Source: Pavona decussata (Eukaryota). From it: 64,000 nt of DNA. Both the position numbers and the translations under genes were made by a program. How positions within the stretch are numbered: the first letter of the stretch is position 1; every line of letters starts with the position of its first letter. The stretch covers positions 1,736,001 through 1,800,000 of the forward strand of contig CDRNST010000175.1 in assembly GCA_977016875.1 (NCBI GenBank), in the 5' to 3' direction. Below the pieces are notes generated by a model, which was given only the letters and a program-made list of their open reading frames with translations, ran no database searches and had not been told where the DNA came from. Shown in pieces: positions 35,946 through 50,291 of this stretch.

Positions 35946-37406
35946 CAGGACCGGTCTGAAACTAGTTTTCCTCCCTTGTTCGTCTCTTAAATTACGTACA
36001 ATCGACGGCTAAGACTTGAAATTGCTAGAACTCGCCGCTTTGAACCACAAGAACGACAAAGCACAACATCTAAGGTATGTTTACGTTTATTGTGAACTTT
36101 AATGGTAATTTTTCTGGCGATATTTCACCATTCATACGAACCTTCCCATATTTTATACAGTAGTATTAGCTTCTAATATACATACTGTCATTCCTTCGAG
36201 GTAGTATGTGGCCCGTCAATGTTTTTCAAAGTTTTTCTGTGTAAAAAATAGCCACAAGTGGTGGAATAAGGTGCTGCAATTTACTGATGTAAGAAGTGGT
36301 ATTGCGCCTTGCTTCCTTTCGAATTCTTAACGTCCTGTTCTATGCATTCACTGTTTGCTTTTTACCAATACGGAGTGATCCTTCTTTACTTGAATCCAAA
36401 GTAATCTGAAACGATTTCAATTGAGTCCATGAAATGGAGGACCGCTGTAACTCGAAAGGAGCTATGGAATCCCTTTTCTTGCGATTGTCGCGTCCATTTT
36501 GGGGTTTACAGCTATGGCTGAAGTTCAGTTAGAACCATTTTGTAATCACCAGATGGAAGTAGTTTCGCAAAAGTACAGTCAACAGCAACTTCTTTCCAAT
36601 GCAAGATGCACTGGAAACTGTTTCTGAAGGCAGCAGGTCTGAAAATCTTATTGACCCTAGTCCGCTGAATATTAAGATTTTCTCTTAAAATTCTGAAATG
36701 TTCCCATTGCGATTAGTCTCAAATGCTTCAATTAAATACGGCTTGCAACTCTACATCCTACTTGATTTCTTGCTTCAGGATTTTTGCACTTCATAGCTGA
36801 CATAATATTCTGCAGCTACTTCCTCTAGTGTTAAGAGCTGGAATGTTGGGCTATGAATTCAGCCGAGTTTTCTGCATCTCTTCCATCTTGGTAAATTATT
36901 TTATAGTCATAGAACATCAATCGGTGTTGAAAAAGTGTTGTGGTTACAAGAATTACCAATGAGGGGCTTGTGAAATGTGACGATTGTAAACTCAATTACG
37001 TAAAAGAAAACATGAAAATGTTCTAAACCCAATCCCACAAAAGAGCTTCCGCTCGAAGCCTTTATACGTGAAGCGAGGGATTGTGGACAGATATCATAAC
37101 AACGATGGACTAGAATTACCGATTAAAAATGAAACTATTTAACGATTCGCATGTTCATCCACTGGATTCCATGCGTGCGTGAGAAGGTAAGTAGCAGTAA
37201 TTCGATAAATCAATAAACTTTGACTACCTCAATTTAAACTGAAGTGGGATACACGTTGACTTGTTTCATTATGACAGTAGACTGATAATAATGACTTTGT
37301 TTATAGGAACTACTATTTCATATAAACTCTCTTGATCACTTGGTTAAGAAGTTATCTTGAGCCCCGAGACCGTCAAGATATCCTGATAAACTTATTTCTT
37401 GGTTGA

Positions 37407-38543
37407 CTACAATCTGGTGTCATGATCACCTTTATCCAGCTCTAGATGACTAGAATTGGTTCCATAAGTTCTAAGTTGATTCACTGTCTTCATAAGAACC
37501 ACCTTGTTATCTCTTCTTTTATGGTCTTCCTTGTGAATTGCTGCTTGTAATCTAACGTAGGCCAACCTCAGCGCTCGTCTAAACTCAGGAATTCTTAATG
37601 TATATATAACAGGATTTATTAAAGAGTTGGAAACGGTCAGAGCAACAGCCAGGTGATAGATGTGCCAAGATATCGACATCTCATGAACAATTCTTAAAAC
37701 ATTTACAGTAATTGCCGGAAGCCATGAGATCAAAGCAATAATTGATACGAGGAGCAAGGTTTTTGTCAAGCGTCGGTTTTGTAAATCTCTGATTGGCTGT
37801 TCTGAGGCGATACGTCTGTGTCTAGAATTTCTCCAAATACCAACATTACAGCCGCAGACGATCAACAGTAACGTAAGAAAACATAACATTAAAATATTAA
37901 CAGCAAGTTTTATGGAATTTAAAAGAAATTATATTGAGAAAACCATGGATACAAGAAAAGCCAGTGTCCATGAGATAAAAATAACAATGTAATATGTACG
38001 TATTGACAGTATTCGGTGCTTCAGTGGCCAATAGATGGAGTAAAATCTCTCACCGGATATCAATGCTGCAGACATTAATGAACCCTGAAGCAAAATGACA
38101 GAAATGACATTGTAGCAAATATTTAGGGCCGTAGGCGATTGACTCGTGGTCCAAAATGAATAGTAACGCCCTACGTACATGAAGTAGATCTTAAAAGGCG
38201 TAAGCACAGCCCCATTGATCAAATCAGCCAATGTCATGTTGATAATCAGAAATAAGCTCTTCTTACGCAGTCTCTTGTCCATCGCAAAGAGAGCAATTAT
38301 GGGCAGATTTCCTAAGAAAATTAAGATAGCTTCCAGCGCAAAGATGCTGTACCATGCGATGTGTTCTTTTCTGTTGGGAATATCAATAAATGTCCAGCTA
38401 GTTGGTGCTGATATGTTCTCCATTATTTGCATCGTTTGTTTCACTATCAAACCATTTGCAGCTTGCGTTGGCAAGGGTGGTGTGGTAACAAATAGCACGC
38501 GGCAGGAAGACTTACCAAAGGAGTATTGACCAGATGAGCTCAT
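37407..38543 (-). pseudogene. GPCR paralog 3: duplicate of paralog 2 with one in-frame nonsense codon
   Basis: Same length and frame as paralog 2. TTA(Leu)>TAA at 37929-37931, at the end of TM4, splits it into ORFs 37929-38546 and 37407-37889. Confidence 0.88.
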
Positions 38544-39864
38544 CAAGGTATACTGCGATAAACTTAACGTTGCTGATTATTTGCAGGAGCAAGAGTGGGT
38601 GTAAATAAAGGAAGTACGGAAATGTGCCGTATGACCGCTACAAAACCATTGATGTTAAAATAAATTATTCTTCCATGACTTCCCCCCTCCCCCAAAAGGA
38701 AGCTTATATTGATATAGCGGGCTATATAGGCGGGGAGACTTCACTCAAGAGGATTGGTCTTTTCTTAATCTTGTAGCATTTGGAAGGGTAGCAAAATGTA
38801 ACATTTTAAGTATTTTGAAGAGTTTTGAAGAGTTAAAAAAAACACTGTGAACCGAAAGCGAGACAATTTTATTAATTAAACTATTAGAAAGGGTAACAAA
38901 AAACTGACTGAGGACAAATGGCAGTCAGACATTACAACTTAAAAATTACTGTTGTTATCATGTGATGTGTGTTGCTTTAATAATAACTTAGGGGATATTC
39001 CTCTGTCCGTGACGTATCTTTGAGTTATATCAAAGGGGTACATGTTTGTTTTATACATGTGAAAGGGGCATCATTTCGGCAAAAGTTGATAATTGAGAAG
39101 GTAAAAGTTTGTTGAACTTCCCTCCGGGCTGGCAGGTGAAGTGAAATTCGTTTTATATGAATGAAGCTGTGGAACAAGCTTCACTTCAATTTAAGAATTC
39201 GATGGCCAATCGCAATATCGCACCGGCCTTTTTGAACAGCTATTTACTGATTATCACCATTATCGGCCTCATTCCGCTCATATCAATATCATCTACTTCC
39301 TCTGATTCATGAAAAAAAGTGGTCGCTAAATCGCCACTTTCCGTTTTACATTGTCCTTCCTCCGGGCATTCTGTATTATCATCAGCCAAGAATGATAGCT
39401 TGCTTAGTTCTTTGAAAAGATTGAGAGGGCACACATTAGAACTTTTTATTGAAAACGGAATGGTTGAGTCTGCAGCGACAAGTCATATACAAAGGCATAA
39501 ATTAGTTACACTCTAATTGAAGACTGAATAGCCTTAGTTATGAAAAATATACATTACATACAAAATTAAGAAGTAAACAAAGCTCTGAACGGGTAGTGAA
39601 AATTAAATATTTTGGTCTCAAAACGGGCGGGAAAAATAAATAGTCTGAAAATCTTAAAGGCGTTTCAGGAGGCGTATCCATTATCCCCTTTTAAAGGTTT
39701 TGATGATTACATTATCCTTCACACACCACGAATCCGATCTTGTTCCCGTGACCACGTGGAATCGAATCATGTTGATTTCTTTCAGTCATGGGAGGGTAAA
39801 CTGAGATTATTGACTCCAAGTACATGTAAGCCTCTACAAGGCGGTCCGGTAAACTTATTCCTTG

Positions 39865-40902
39865 GTACATTTTGGTGTCATAAGCACCTGTCATGAGCTC
39901 TAGATGATTTAAATTTGTTTCAAATGCTCTTAACTGGTTCACTGACGTCACAGCGTAGGCAGCCTTGTTATCTCTTCTTTTATGGCCTTCTTTGTTTTTT
40001 TGCTGCTTGTAATCGAAAGTAGGCTAAATTCAGCGCTCGTTTAAACTCAGGAATTCGTAGTGTATATATAACAGGATTTAGTAAGGAGTTGGAAACGTTC
40101 AGAGCAGCAGTAAGATGATAAATGTTCCAAGATGTCGACATCTCATGAACGCTCTTTCAAACGTTTACAGTTATTCCCGGAAGCCACGACATCAAAACAA
40201 CAATCGATACGAGGAGCAAGGTTTTTGGCAAGCATCGGTTTTGTAGATCTTCGATTGGCTGTTCTGAGGTGATGCGTCTGTGTCTGAAATTTCTCCAAAT
40301 ACCAAAACTACAGCCGCTGACAATCAACAGAAGAGTTAAAAAAACAACATCATAATATTAACAGCCAGTTTTATGAAAGTTAAATAAAATAATATTGAGA
40401 ACACCATGAATACAAGAAAAGCCAGTGTATACAAGATGAAAATAACATTGTAATATGTATGTATTGGCAGTATACGATGTTTCAGTGGCCAATAGATGGC
40501 GTAAAATCACTCAACGGATATCAATGCCGCAGACATTAATACGCTCTGCAGCAACAAGGTGAAAAGGACAGTGTAGAAAATACTTAGTGCTGTTGAAGAA
40601 TGCCTTCCAGCCAAAACTTGATAATAATACCCATCGTGCATTAAGTATATCTTAAAAGGTGTTAGCACAGCTCCGTACAGCAGATAAGCAAACGCCATGT
40701 TGATGATCAGAAATAAACTCCTCTTACGCAGGCTCTTGTTCACTGCAAAGAGAACAATCGTAAGCGAATTTGCTGCGACAATCAAGACAGCCCCCAGCGC
40801 ATAAACACTGTATCATACGATAGTTTCTTTTTTAGAAGGAAGATCAATAAATATCGAGGGCATTTTATTCTAGCAAATTGTTGTTGATATGTTCTCCATC
40901 AT
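39865..40902 (-). pseudogene. GPCR paralog 4, decayed
   Basis: Recognisable MMENIS..., NKSLRKRSLFLIINMAFA, YAIYWPLKHR, SWLPGI, NVSNSLLNPVIY and AYDTK. TGA at 40813-40815 (TM1 Trp), ERF>E*F at 40507-40509, probable further frameshifts, native stop lost. Confidence 0.88.
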
Positions 40903-43900
40903 TTGCAGCTTTTGCTTCACGATCAATGCAGTTTCAGTTTGTGTTGGCAAAAGTAGTGTGGTAACAAAAAGCACGTGGGAGGACTTGCTGGAAGAGTTGT
41001 GGAAAAAAAGGAGATGACCTCATCGGGCTCAACTGATTAACTAAGTGGTGGTAATGATTTATAAGTGGGTGTTAGTAAAGGACCGTAAAGGAGTTGCGGT
41101 AATGGGACATATGACTGGTGCAGAACCACTGATATTAAACAACTTCTATTTCCACCTCCCCCAGGGGTATGACTTCATATAATGGGCTATATAGCGAGGC
41201 CCCACCCGAAAGGGGAACCTTTTTTTTAATTTCGTCGAATGTCAATGTCCGACTGAACTAACATTTTAAAAGGCCCTTTGAAGGGTCTGAAAAATAAGCT
41301 GTAAACCGATGACGGAGGCAACTAATTTTTTTTTTCATCAGGGGTAGCAAACGACAATACATTACGACGCCATGTGGATTGCCCTACTTTGCAAATAACG
41401 CAGGGGGTATATTTACGTCGTTGGCTTTTCTCTATGTTGTAATACAGGTACAAATATTTTTGTTTGTTTTCTTTTTGTCAGTGAAAAGGATTTCATCTCG
41501 GCAAAAGTCCGGCTTTACTTGAGATGGTTAGAGGTTGGGCTGCCCAGGGCTTTCAGGTGCATGAAAACTCGTTTTCATATGAATGAGACTGCGGAGCAGA
41601 TTTCGCTTTAAGAAAACGTGGGCCAGAGGTAATTGAGTACCGGATCTTTTGTACAGAATTTGCTGACTATTACTATTATTTTCACCAATGCTCATCGCGC
41701 TCATATCAATATCATCTACTTCTCAGTGTTCATAAAAACTAGTCGCAATAATAACACCTGCCTCATTTCATTATATAGTTTCAAAACATTTCTATACTCT
41801 AGGCATTCCGTATTGATGAAAAAGCAGCCAGAATAATAGTTCGTCAGGCTCTTAATAAAAATAAAATGATTACGAGAACATTCATTTGAGGCAGTTAAGT
41901 TTCGAGTTCAATGAAAGTCTGCAGCGATGGGTCATTTAAAGGGGCGCTAATACGAGGCACATTGAAACCAGTTATTAATTAGCGCGCGCCTAACGTTATG
42001 AAAATTTATAGTACTGAGATAAACTACGGCTCTTAAAGGTTTACCTTTTTAAATAGCTTTAAATAACGAGGGTCCAAGATGGGGAGATTCTCCCTATATG
42101 AGAATCCATTTGGAAGTTAGGTCAGTATCAATTTAAGAGTTAGATCTTAAAATTGGTAGCAAAATTTTCTTATTTTGGTAAATAAATGGGTAAAAATAAA
42201 TATCTTGGCCTAAAAAACGGTGAGGGATCCACGAGGCGGGCTTCACACCCATATCAAAAGTTTGGACGAATAGCTTGCCGGAAATTGAAGGTCATAAGAG
42301 AGTTTTCCGTGATCTGATGCTTTAGTTCTCCGTGATCGGATGCTCAACTTTTCCTCGCCCACGCTATCAAACAGTTAACACCGTGAGCTGTAAATGGCAT
42401 GCTTGTCGGTGAAAGGTTCAGAAGAATAACTCAAAAATGGACACAGGAAGACCTATCAAACTCACCTTAAACAGCAGGACAATTAAGGAATTATCTCCTA
42501 TATAAAGAACAAATTATTGATGCGAAAAGAGAACTAGATGAAATAAAACAGGAACACCTGCAAAGCTTGTTCACCAGCGCCCTAATGATCTTAGTTAGCT
42601 GAGTACGTTTTTAATATCTTCCATATTAGAATGGTTCTCATTTAAGAAAATTGGTCAAATGCATTATATTGCGCCTACAATGTTGTCGTTGTTAACTTTT
42701 CCTCATATGTGTCATGTTTAGCGTGAAACGTTTTTGCAAGTGCGTCCTTGAAGTCACCCACACTACAAGTACTGTGTTTAATGTTACTAGTCAAACCAGT
42801 TTACAATTAATTATTGTTGGGTCTTTCACCAAACGGAAGTTAAAATGGCTGGATATTGATCAAATTCAGTGATAAAGGAACAAGGCCATTATCCCATCTT
42901 ATTGAAAGAACAAGCTTCCGGATTTATTAGTATACACATATCTCTCTATTTTCCATCTCTCATCTCACAGAACAAAAGACTTAGTTGGTTTAATTTCTTC
43001 CTATCTATCAACCCTGAGCTTTTGATATTCCTTCAAACGAAATCAAAGGAAACATGCAACAAAAAAAGAAGCTTTTTTCTTATATGATGTCCTGGGTAGT
43101 CACTTAAAGCTGCTCTGCCGTATTGGCGAAGTTTCTTACTTGAATTAAATCGTTTTACGCCAACAACCTCATTCTGTTGCCTTTTCGTGCGTTCAAAACG
43201 CACAAAAAGAAAATTGTAGCAGAGCATTTCTTCTGTAGGTCTTTAAAAACTTTTAAAAAATATTTTCTTAGCGATTTTTGTGTTAATTTCCTAAGTTAAG
43301 AGGCTTGGGAAACAATGTTTTTCGGGGGTTCCATTGCTCCATCATGTTTTTAGTTTACTTCTGATGCAACGTCTAAGTACGTCTACTCTATCTGCATGGT
43401 ATATATAACTTTTATTATCTTGTCAAAGATCATAGCTAAGGGTTAGACCCTCTTCTAATTTAGGACACCTGCTACTTAACTAAGAAAACAAAATAAATAA
43501 CTATTGAAAAAGCAATGGTCTAAAAGCATTTTGTAAATTTTTGCCTTATTTCGGTGGAAACGAAATTCGGGAAAAACTAGCTGTGAAATTCAATTTTCAT
43601 CCGCAGTTGCGGAGGCGTGCATTTTCCCCTTTAACTGACATTTGGAATTCCTTGTCTTGCGTAAATCGTCTCATCGTCTAATATCTTTCAACGTTCCTAT
43701 CTACAGGAAACAGGGAGGGGACTAATACTCCTGGGAAAGCTTTGAGTATTATAACTTTTTTAACATGCGAGTCATGCGAACAATTTTGTAACTTAACGCG
43801 AAATTTGTTGAGGAAAATTTGATTAGACTGTTCAGTGCTCATAGCTTCAATACTTGGGAGGATATGATGAAAGTGGATGCCGAATCTGCCCACATACCCC

Positions 43901-45563
43901 CCCCCCCCCCCCTCCTTCCAGAGTACCGGAAAAGACCCAGGAAGCATCAGCCATTCTGGCTATATTCTACCTATTTTGATAATATAAAGTGACTGCCCAT
44001 CTGTTTGATCTGGCTTTAGTTCGAAAATGTACACGGTGGCAATGCAGTAAAACAATGATTTTGGCTATCATTAGGCCCAATTAAGATGGATGGGGTGAAC
44101 GCTAGTTAGAAACCGCGGTGAACGGATCGGAATACAGGGAGGGGGTGGGGGGGCGGGATTAGGGTTTAGGGAGACCTCTGTGGCACAAAGTGTTCGCGCG
44201 GACTTTGAAGGTTAATGAAAACAAAAGCAGCCAATCTCCGTAACTTTCCCTAAAATTCGTCTGGTAACAACTTGATTTACCAGTTCATTTTTCACGTCAT
44301 TTGATGTTTCCATGACAACGAGATTTAGACAGCTTTGTCGTTTTTAAAATTTGTATTTTTTGCAATTTTATTTTACCATTGTTTATTGGTTTTGATTGAG
44401 TTTGACTTAATATGGGTGGTTGTTTGAGGTTATGAAGAAATCGAAAATTTCAAGATGACGGATCCAATGTGTCAGCTCTGTAGAACATATGACGTTGCTT
44501 CACGATGTATGAGCTGATTATTTTGAGGACATGAAATAAAATTGGCTGGAATTTATTTAACACTCTAAATTGCATCGTCATCATAGCTTTAATGCTGGTG
44601 ACGTTAAGAAGAGTGCCTCAAAGAAAGGTCAAATTTCGCATTTATTATTAATAAACTACAGGTGATCCATTTGCTTTGAATTAATTATTACTTCGAGTCA
44701 TCATCGAGATGTGATTTTCTTACAAGATCAGTTTTTGAATTAAGATTTACTCAACCAACAATGGACAGGCGTGGAATGCTGCCTTGTACACCTCATATAA
44801 ATCAAGCTTGCCGTAACAACGGAACATGAAAAGGCTTAGCTTATAGCGTAAGGCGCGTTAACTATAGAAAATACACATACGTCAACTTGTTATTGCGAAT
44901 ATGTACATTTGAAATGTTTACAAATAAGAAGGTTTACTGCTGGAGTACAAGAATTTGCTATTAAATAGCTCCTTTAAATTCCCTAAAAATAGATGTATCC
45001 TGATATGTGGTCACTTTGCTAATTATTTTATGCTCTCGGCTTCAATAAAAGAAATCTGTAAGTCGTCGGCCACGTGATTCAGGCTTAAAAAGACCTTTCA
45101 TAAAACATAACGTGAATGATTTCCAAAAGTTCAGATGACCAAAAAAAAAAAACGGTTTCAACGTAGGCAAGTTTCATTGTTGTGCTTCGTGGGCTAGTTT
45201 CTGTACAATAGATCTGCGTTTGTAAAAATACATTTTAAGTTGATCATTAGACAATCTACGAAAAACTCAAATCAAAATTTTCTTGGAAAATGCCGAAATT
45301 TCGTCCTTATTACGAATAAATGAAAATTATTCAAATCTTTATGTAAAACTTCACATGAAAGGGATGTAAATATTCCTTCATAGGTAACTAAAATTTGGTA
45401 TCCAAAACTTCGTGTTTGTACGCCAGCAGTTTCCTATTTTTTAAAGGATAATTAGGGCGGTTCAGTTGTCTGTCTGTTTTCTATGCGTGGCCCAAATTTT
45501 AATCTTATTTTTATTTTATGTTATTTTATTTTATTTTTACATTTGACTACACCCTACCCCTTC

Positions 45564-45693
45564 NNNNNNNNNNNNNNNNNNNNNNNNNNNNNNNNNNNNN
45601 NNNNNNNNNNNNNNNNNNNNNNNNNNNNNNNNNNNNNNNNNNNNNNNNNNNNNNNNNNNNNNNNNNNNNNNNNNNNNNNNNNNNNNNNNNNNN
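45564..45693. other. Assembly gap (N run)
   Basis: N run in the sequence. Confidence 1.
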
Positions 45694-45757
45694 ATAGTTT
45701 TTTTCTACTTTTAACTTGTAAATATCAATTCTGCTTGGAATATTCTAATAAAGAGAT

Positions 45758-45770
45758 CATTATTATTTTA

Positions 45771-45818
<48 letters not shown>

Positions 45819-45842
45819 TTTATTTTTATTATTATTATTATT
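45758..45842 (+). repeat. (ATT)n microsatellite followed by a poly-C run
   Basis: Direct reading. Confidence 0.95.
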
Positions 45843-45895
45843 CCCCCCCCCCCCCTTCCTTCCGATAACGTACTCCTCCTGGCCCTCTTTTATCT

Positions 45896-46897
45896 TTACA
45901 AAGAAGTTGAGGTGACACGGAACTCAGAACGGCAACCACATCTCGTCTCAACCTTCTCAACTCTTCTTTTGTCGTGTTTTGTTTTCATCACTGCTTTCCT
46001 TCTGAAACAGATCACCCGGAGCACCTGTCTGTACTCAGGAATTCTTAAAGCATACACAACAGGGTTAAGAAACGAGTTGGCTACGCTTAATACAAAAAAC
46101 GAGTGATAGATGTACGAAATTATCGACATTTCCAAACTGGCAAAGATAACATCTTCAAAATAGGTGAAAAAAATGAGTGGTAACCACGAAAACAAAGCAA
46201 CAAGGGAAACAAATAGCAAAGTCTTTGTCAAGCGTCGGTTTTGCGAGGGTCTATTGTGCTGTTGTGAAGAAATACTTCTGTGTTTAAACTTTCTCCAAAT
46301 ACTGATGTTACAGCCGCAGACAAACGATAGTAGAATAAAAAAACATGATATCAAAAACACATTGGCGAGTTTTTCGGAAGTTAATAAAATGAGTACAGTA
46401 TATACCATAGATACAAGAAAAGCCAATGTCCATGCCATAAAAATAACCATGCGATACGCCCATCCTGAGAGCGTTAGGTGCTTTAGCGGGGAATAAACGG
46501 CGTAAACCCTCTCACCAGATATCAAAGCCGCAGAAATAAACGAAGCAAGCATAAAGGCGAAAAAACTGATGTTGTAGAAAATATACAAGGACTCTGATGA
46601 ACTTGGTGCCCATAGTTGATGATCATACGACCCGACATACAAGTAAATATCCAGAGGCAAAAGCGCGCCTTGAAGTATGTCAGCAAACGCCATATTGATG
46701 ATAAGAAATAAACTCTTCTTACGAAGTTTCGTGAACATCGCAAAGAGGACAATGGTCAGCAAGTTTCCAAGAATAATTAAGACAGCTTCGAATCCTATGA
46801 TAATGCACCATGCGATGCCTGCTGCTTTGGAAGGAAAATCGTGTGATGCCGAGGACGCATTGATCGGGTGAGCGGTCAGCGCTGTTGTTTCAGCCAT
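45896..46897 (-). CDS. Intronless class-A orphan GPCR, paralog 5 (333 aa, most divergent)
   Basis: GN, INMAFADI, ISGERVYAVYSPLKH, SWLP, NSFLNPVVY; distinct C-terminal tail. Confidence 0.92.
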   Translation of the reverse strand: MAETTALTAHPINASSASHDFPSKAAGIAWCIIIGFEAVLIILGNLLTIVLFAMFTKLRKKSLFLIINMAFADILQGALLPLDIYLYVGSYDHQLWAPSSSESLYIFYNISFFAFMLASFISAALISGERVYAVYSPLKHLTLSGWAYRMVIFMAWTLAFLVSMVYTVLILLTSEKLANVFLISCFFILLSFVCGCNISIWRKFKHRSISSQQHNRPSQNRRLTKTLLFVSLVALFSWLPLIFFTYFEDVIFASLEMSIISYIYHSFFVLSVANSFLNPVVYALRIPEYRQVLRVICFRRKAVMKTKHDKRRVEKVETRCGCRSEFRVTSTSL

Positions 46898-47162
46898 TGT
46901 ATAAGATTTTTTGAAAAAGGAAGACGTTTCCGCGGTATATGAATATGAGGACCTTCGGTAACTTGATGCGAGGAGAGAAACAAAACTCTTGAGATGGCTC
47001 TGGCTCTGGACTTATTGATATGCTAATGTAAAAAGAGAACGTGCGAAAGCTCATTCGATTCTGGCAGATAAAAATGGTTGTTACTGAAAAGAAAGACCTG
47101 ACAAACGTATCAGTAATCACCATTGAATCTAACAGTTTTCAATTTCAACATAATTTTCGTAA

Positions 47163-47850
47163 ATTTGAATGCATTTCATGCAAGACGGTTCGTCAAGAAA
47201 TTGCCACCTGTAATGTCTTTGTATGCTTTTAATCACTTCTCTTCTTCGTACAGTAAAACTGTTTGCAGAGTTCTTTAAAGTTTGGTAATTTTCGCAGCTT
47301 ATTTATATCCATTAGGGTAAATGGTTTTTTTCAGGAAGTATTTTACATGACGGAAAGATTAAAATATCGCCTAAAGTTATCGCACGCTTCGAAAGCAGAA
47401 GCAAAAAAATATTGAATGTATTTCATGTATGACGATTAATGGCCATCTCCAGTGATTTAGTTTAAAATTCGAATCACCCGTCTTTTGATGCGTTAAATCA
47501 CTTCTCTTTTTAGTACAGCAAAACTGTTTGCAGAGCTTGGTAATTATGCCAGCTAAATAAATTTATACCCATTAGGGTAAATGGGTTTTTAAAGAAAGTA
47601 TTTTACATGACAAAAAAATATTAACATATCGCCAAAAGTTATTGCACGCTTCAAAAACAGAAATAAAAAAATTTTGAATGCATTTCATGTATGACGATTG
47701 GTCAAGGAATTAAATATGCGTTCAATCCCTCCCTAATTTATACCCATACGGAGTAAGTGAGTTTTTGCAGAAATATTTTCAAGTACTTCGTAAGACAAAA
47801 AGATAAAAAAATCGGCAAGAGTTATAACTCGCCTCAAATGCAGAAATAAA
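47163..47850 (+). repeat. ~260-bp local tandem repeat (about 2.5 degenerate copies) upstream of GPCR paralog 5
   Basis: TTGAATG(C/T)ATTTCATG recurs at ~47165, 47412 and 47674; AATCACTTCTCT recurs at 47231 and 47497. Confidence 0.75.
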
Positions 47851-49514
47851 TAAAATAAAATAAAATTAGTTATAACAATTTCGTCGGATATTGCTGCGTA
47901 TTTTACGGGCTAAAATGGAGAATTTAACTCTGAGACAAAAAAAAAAAGAAGAAAATAACGTAGCCAGCTAATCAGAATTGGAAACCATCCAACCGTTCGC
48001 GCCCTTTTCTTGCTTGTTTGAGTGGAGGCGCTGCCATCTGCAAATAATTCTTTTGAGCCAGCTAGACAAAAAGATGACTTACAGAAACTCTTGGGCGATG
48101 GTGAAAATAATGGCCGGTGGCGAGGTGAACGTAAGCCTAAATTTGTCTTCGTCGAGCGAAACCCGCTTAGTTTAGCAATTGTAAAATTAATTTTAACACT
48201 TGTAAGTGACTGAAAACTTAGAAACAAAGATTCTTTTGACAATATTTTCGATGTTTTTATGCGGCAATGAAAGCTTTTGTAAAACGAAATTAACGCCGAC
48301 GCGACGCCGGCAGCGTTCAAGATACGGCTTAATGTACAACGTTGTTTTCCTTTTCTGAATGCCCTCTCAACTTGTTATTAATTATAGTGAAAGAGTTGAT
48401 GTTCTTTCGGCGTAATTATGTTTTGAGTGAGATGCCAACATCACAAAAGTGGTTTACAAAAGGGTCCTAAAAAATTACTACGAACAAATAAAAACCTAAT
48501 TATAGAAATAAGAAATTGGCCCTTCTCAGAACTCATTTTAACTCAGGCTAATTAAAATCATTATAATGAGCCTGAGTAGAGTCAAAAACATATTTACGCT
48601 CGCGAACATCAACTCTATTGTTATAATAAAAATATAAAAGTAAAATAAAATAAAAACAATAACTGCCTATGAGGCAAATAAAAAGCCAAAGACCAGTGCA
48701 TGGAGTGCAAGTAAGAATGAAAGAATGATCAGTTTAATTACAAACCATAGAAAGCAGACTTCAGTGACATAGACATTTTCGAACGATTCTCCAACACTTT
48801 TTAGTTTTGAACACACATGTATGTTTTGTAATGGTTCTGATATTACACTAAATTTACCCCGAGTCTGATTAGTTTACATTTAACATGTGGCGCGATACTG
48901 TTCATCGGCGGAGAGACGCTATCATCAGCACATAATGTCCATCCGGGAAATATGCTCGGATGGGTAGTACTCATCCGCGAAAAAACCTCCCATTTGTTCT
49001 TCCAGTATACAAAAAGACAGGTTTGCTGTCACTGCATTTTTATGTTGCATTCATCATTTTCATTTTAGCCTTGCTCCTTAAAGATCAAATTGGCGAGCGT
49101 AAATATATAAGAAATGGCAGTTTCATGCAGAAAAAATTTAGTGGCAAAAAAGTGTTGTTGCCTCAGGACTGCTGGCCTTGGAAATTTGATGTTCTTAAAA
49201 CAAGGAGTTTACCCCTCAAAGCTTTGCTTCTCGGGCTAACATTTGTTTTAAAGTCAACACCAAGATTTTTTTTGGCGGGGCAATCATCAACTGATTGTCC
49301 CTAGCTTGACAGAAACATTATATTGTTTCAACACGTGCTCTGCATTTGAGTGAAGAAACTAGATATGGGTATTTCATCAAATGGAAGTCAAAGAGATTTC
49401 TTTTAAATCTTCTTTAAAAAGACGTTCAATAAAAGAACGAGGCAGGCAAATATCTTCAGTGGTGTATTGAAGGGGGGGGGGGGGGGGGGTTGTAAATTTT
49501 CTCCCTAAATTTTT

Positions 49515-49620
49515 ATACCTAATCGTACCTTTTTGGTACGTTTCGGCGGCATATCAGGCAAGTTGGGTCGAGCTCAGCCATGATTCCATGTCGAGTACCA
49601 AAAAGGTAAAATTAGGTATT
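49515..49620. repeat. Short fold-back / MITE remnant
   Basis: ATACCTAATCGTACCTTTTTGGTAC ... GTACCAAAAAGGTAAAATTAGGTAT. Confidence 0.55.
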
Positions 49621-50291
49621 TACCGTACCCAAGTTAAGCCCAAAATTAAATCCAGTGAAATTTTTAGTAGTTAAATTACGGTAATAAACTCTGTCAGTTT
49701 TGTGGGTTCTGTCAAGCACAGGGATAAGTATCATACCCTAAGCAGCAGTGAACGATGATTTTTATGCCGTAATGGTTCGACGAGTGTCGTGACACTTTTA
49801 GCTGGCAGTACATCCCTCTTCTCCTTAACAAAAACGCGAAAACGTATCAAAAACTATGCGTTTTCAAACAAAAACGCATTAGAGTGGATGGGGTCTGAAA
49901 GTTTTGTGTCCTGTTTGGTCCAACCACGCAGGTATTGACGCTGTCTCTAAGCTAGGCCTGTTTGTTATAATGAACAGACCCATAGGCCCAGAACTTGACG
50001 AGTAAATTGATCTGTTGGCCTGACACTGATACACTATAATGTACGTTTAAGGGAGACGTCCAGTGTGGCTATGTGTGTTTTAGTGGTTTCAGTTATTTAT
50101 CTCATGAATCAGTCGACTTCAAACTTGAAATTTTAATCGATGTCTGATATATGCGGCGTCATTTAAGTTACATTTCAACGTCAAGCCAAATATTGCCTTC
50201 ATTAATAAACATCACAAGTTCATGAATACTGTGGCGATCATTGGTTAAAACGGGAGCCTCGTCAGGGCAGACAAACGTATTTCGTGGTTGA

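Larger units (their letters stand above)
24515..39815 (+). repeat. Tandem segmental duplication, unit 2 (expanded by TE insertions)
   Basis: Colinear with unit 1 once 26757-34304, 34667-34844, 35706-35945 and ~39000-39146 are removed. Confidence 0.88.

Noticed and set aside
44156-44171. Telomere-like TTAGGG
   Set aside because: Only two imperfect units; expected by chance.
47910-48320. 136-aa minus-strand ORF
   Set aside because: Non-ATG start, no recognisable domain, no splice support.
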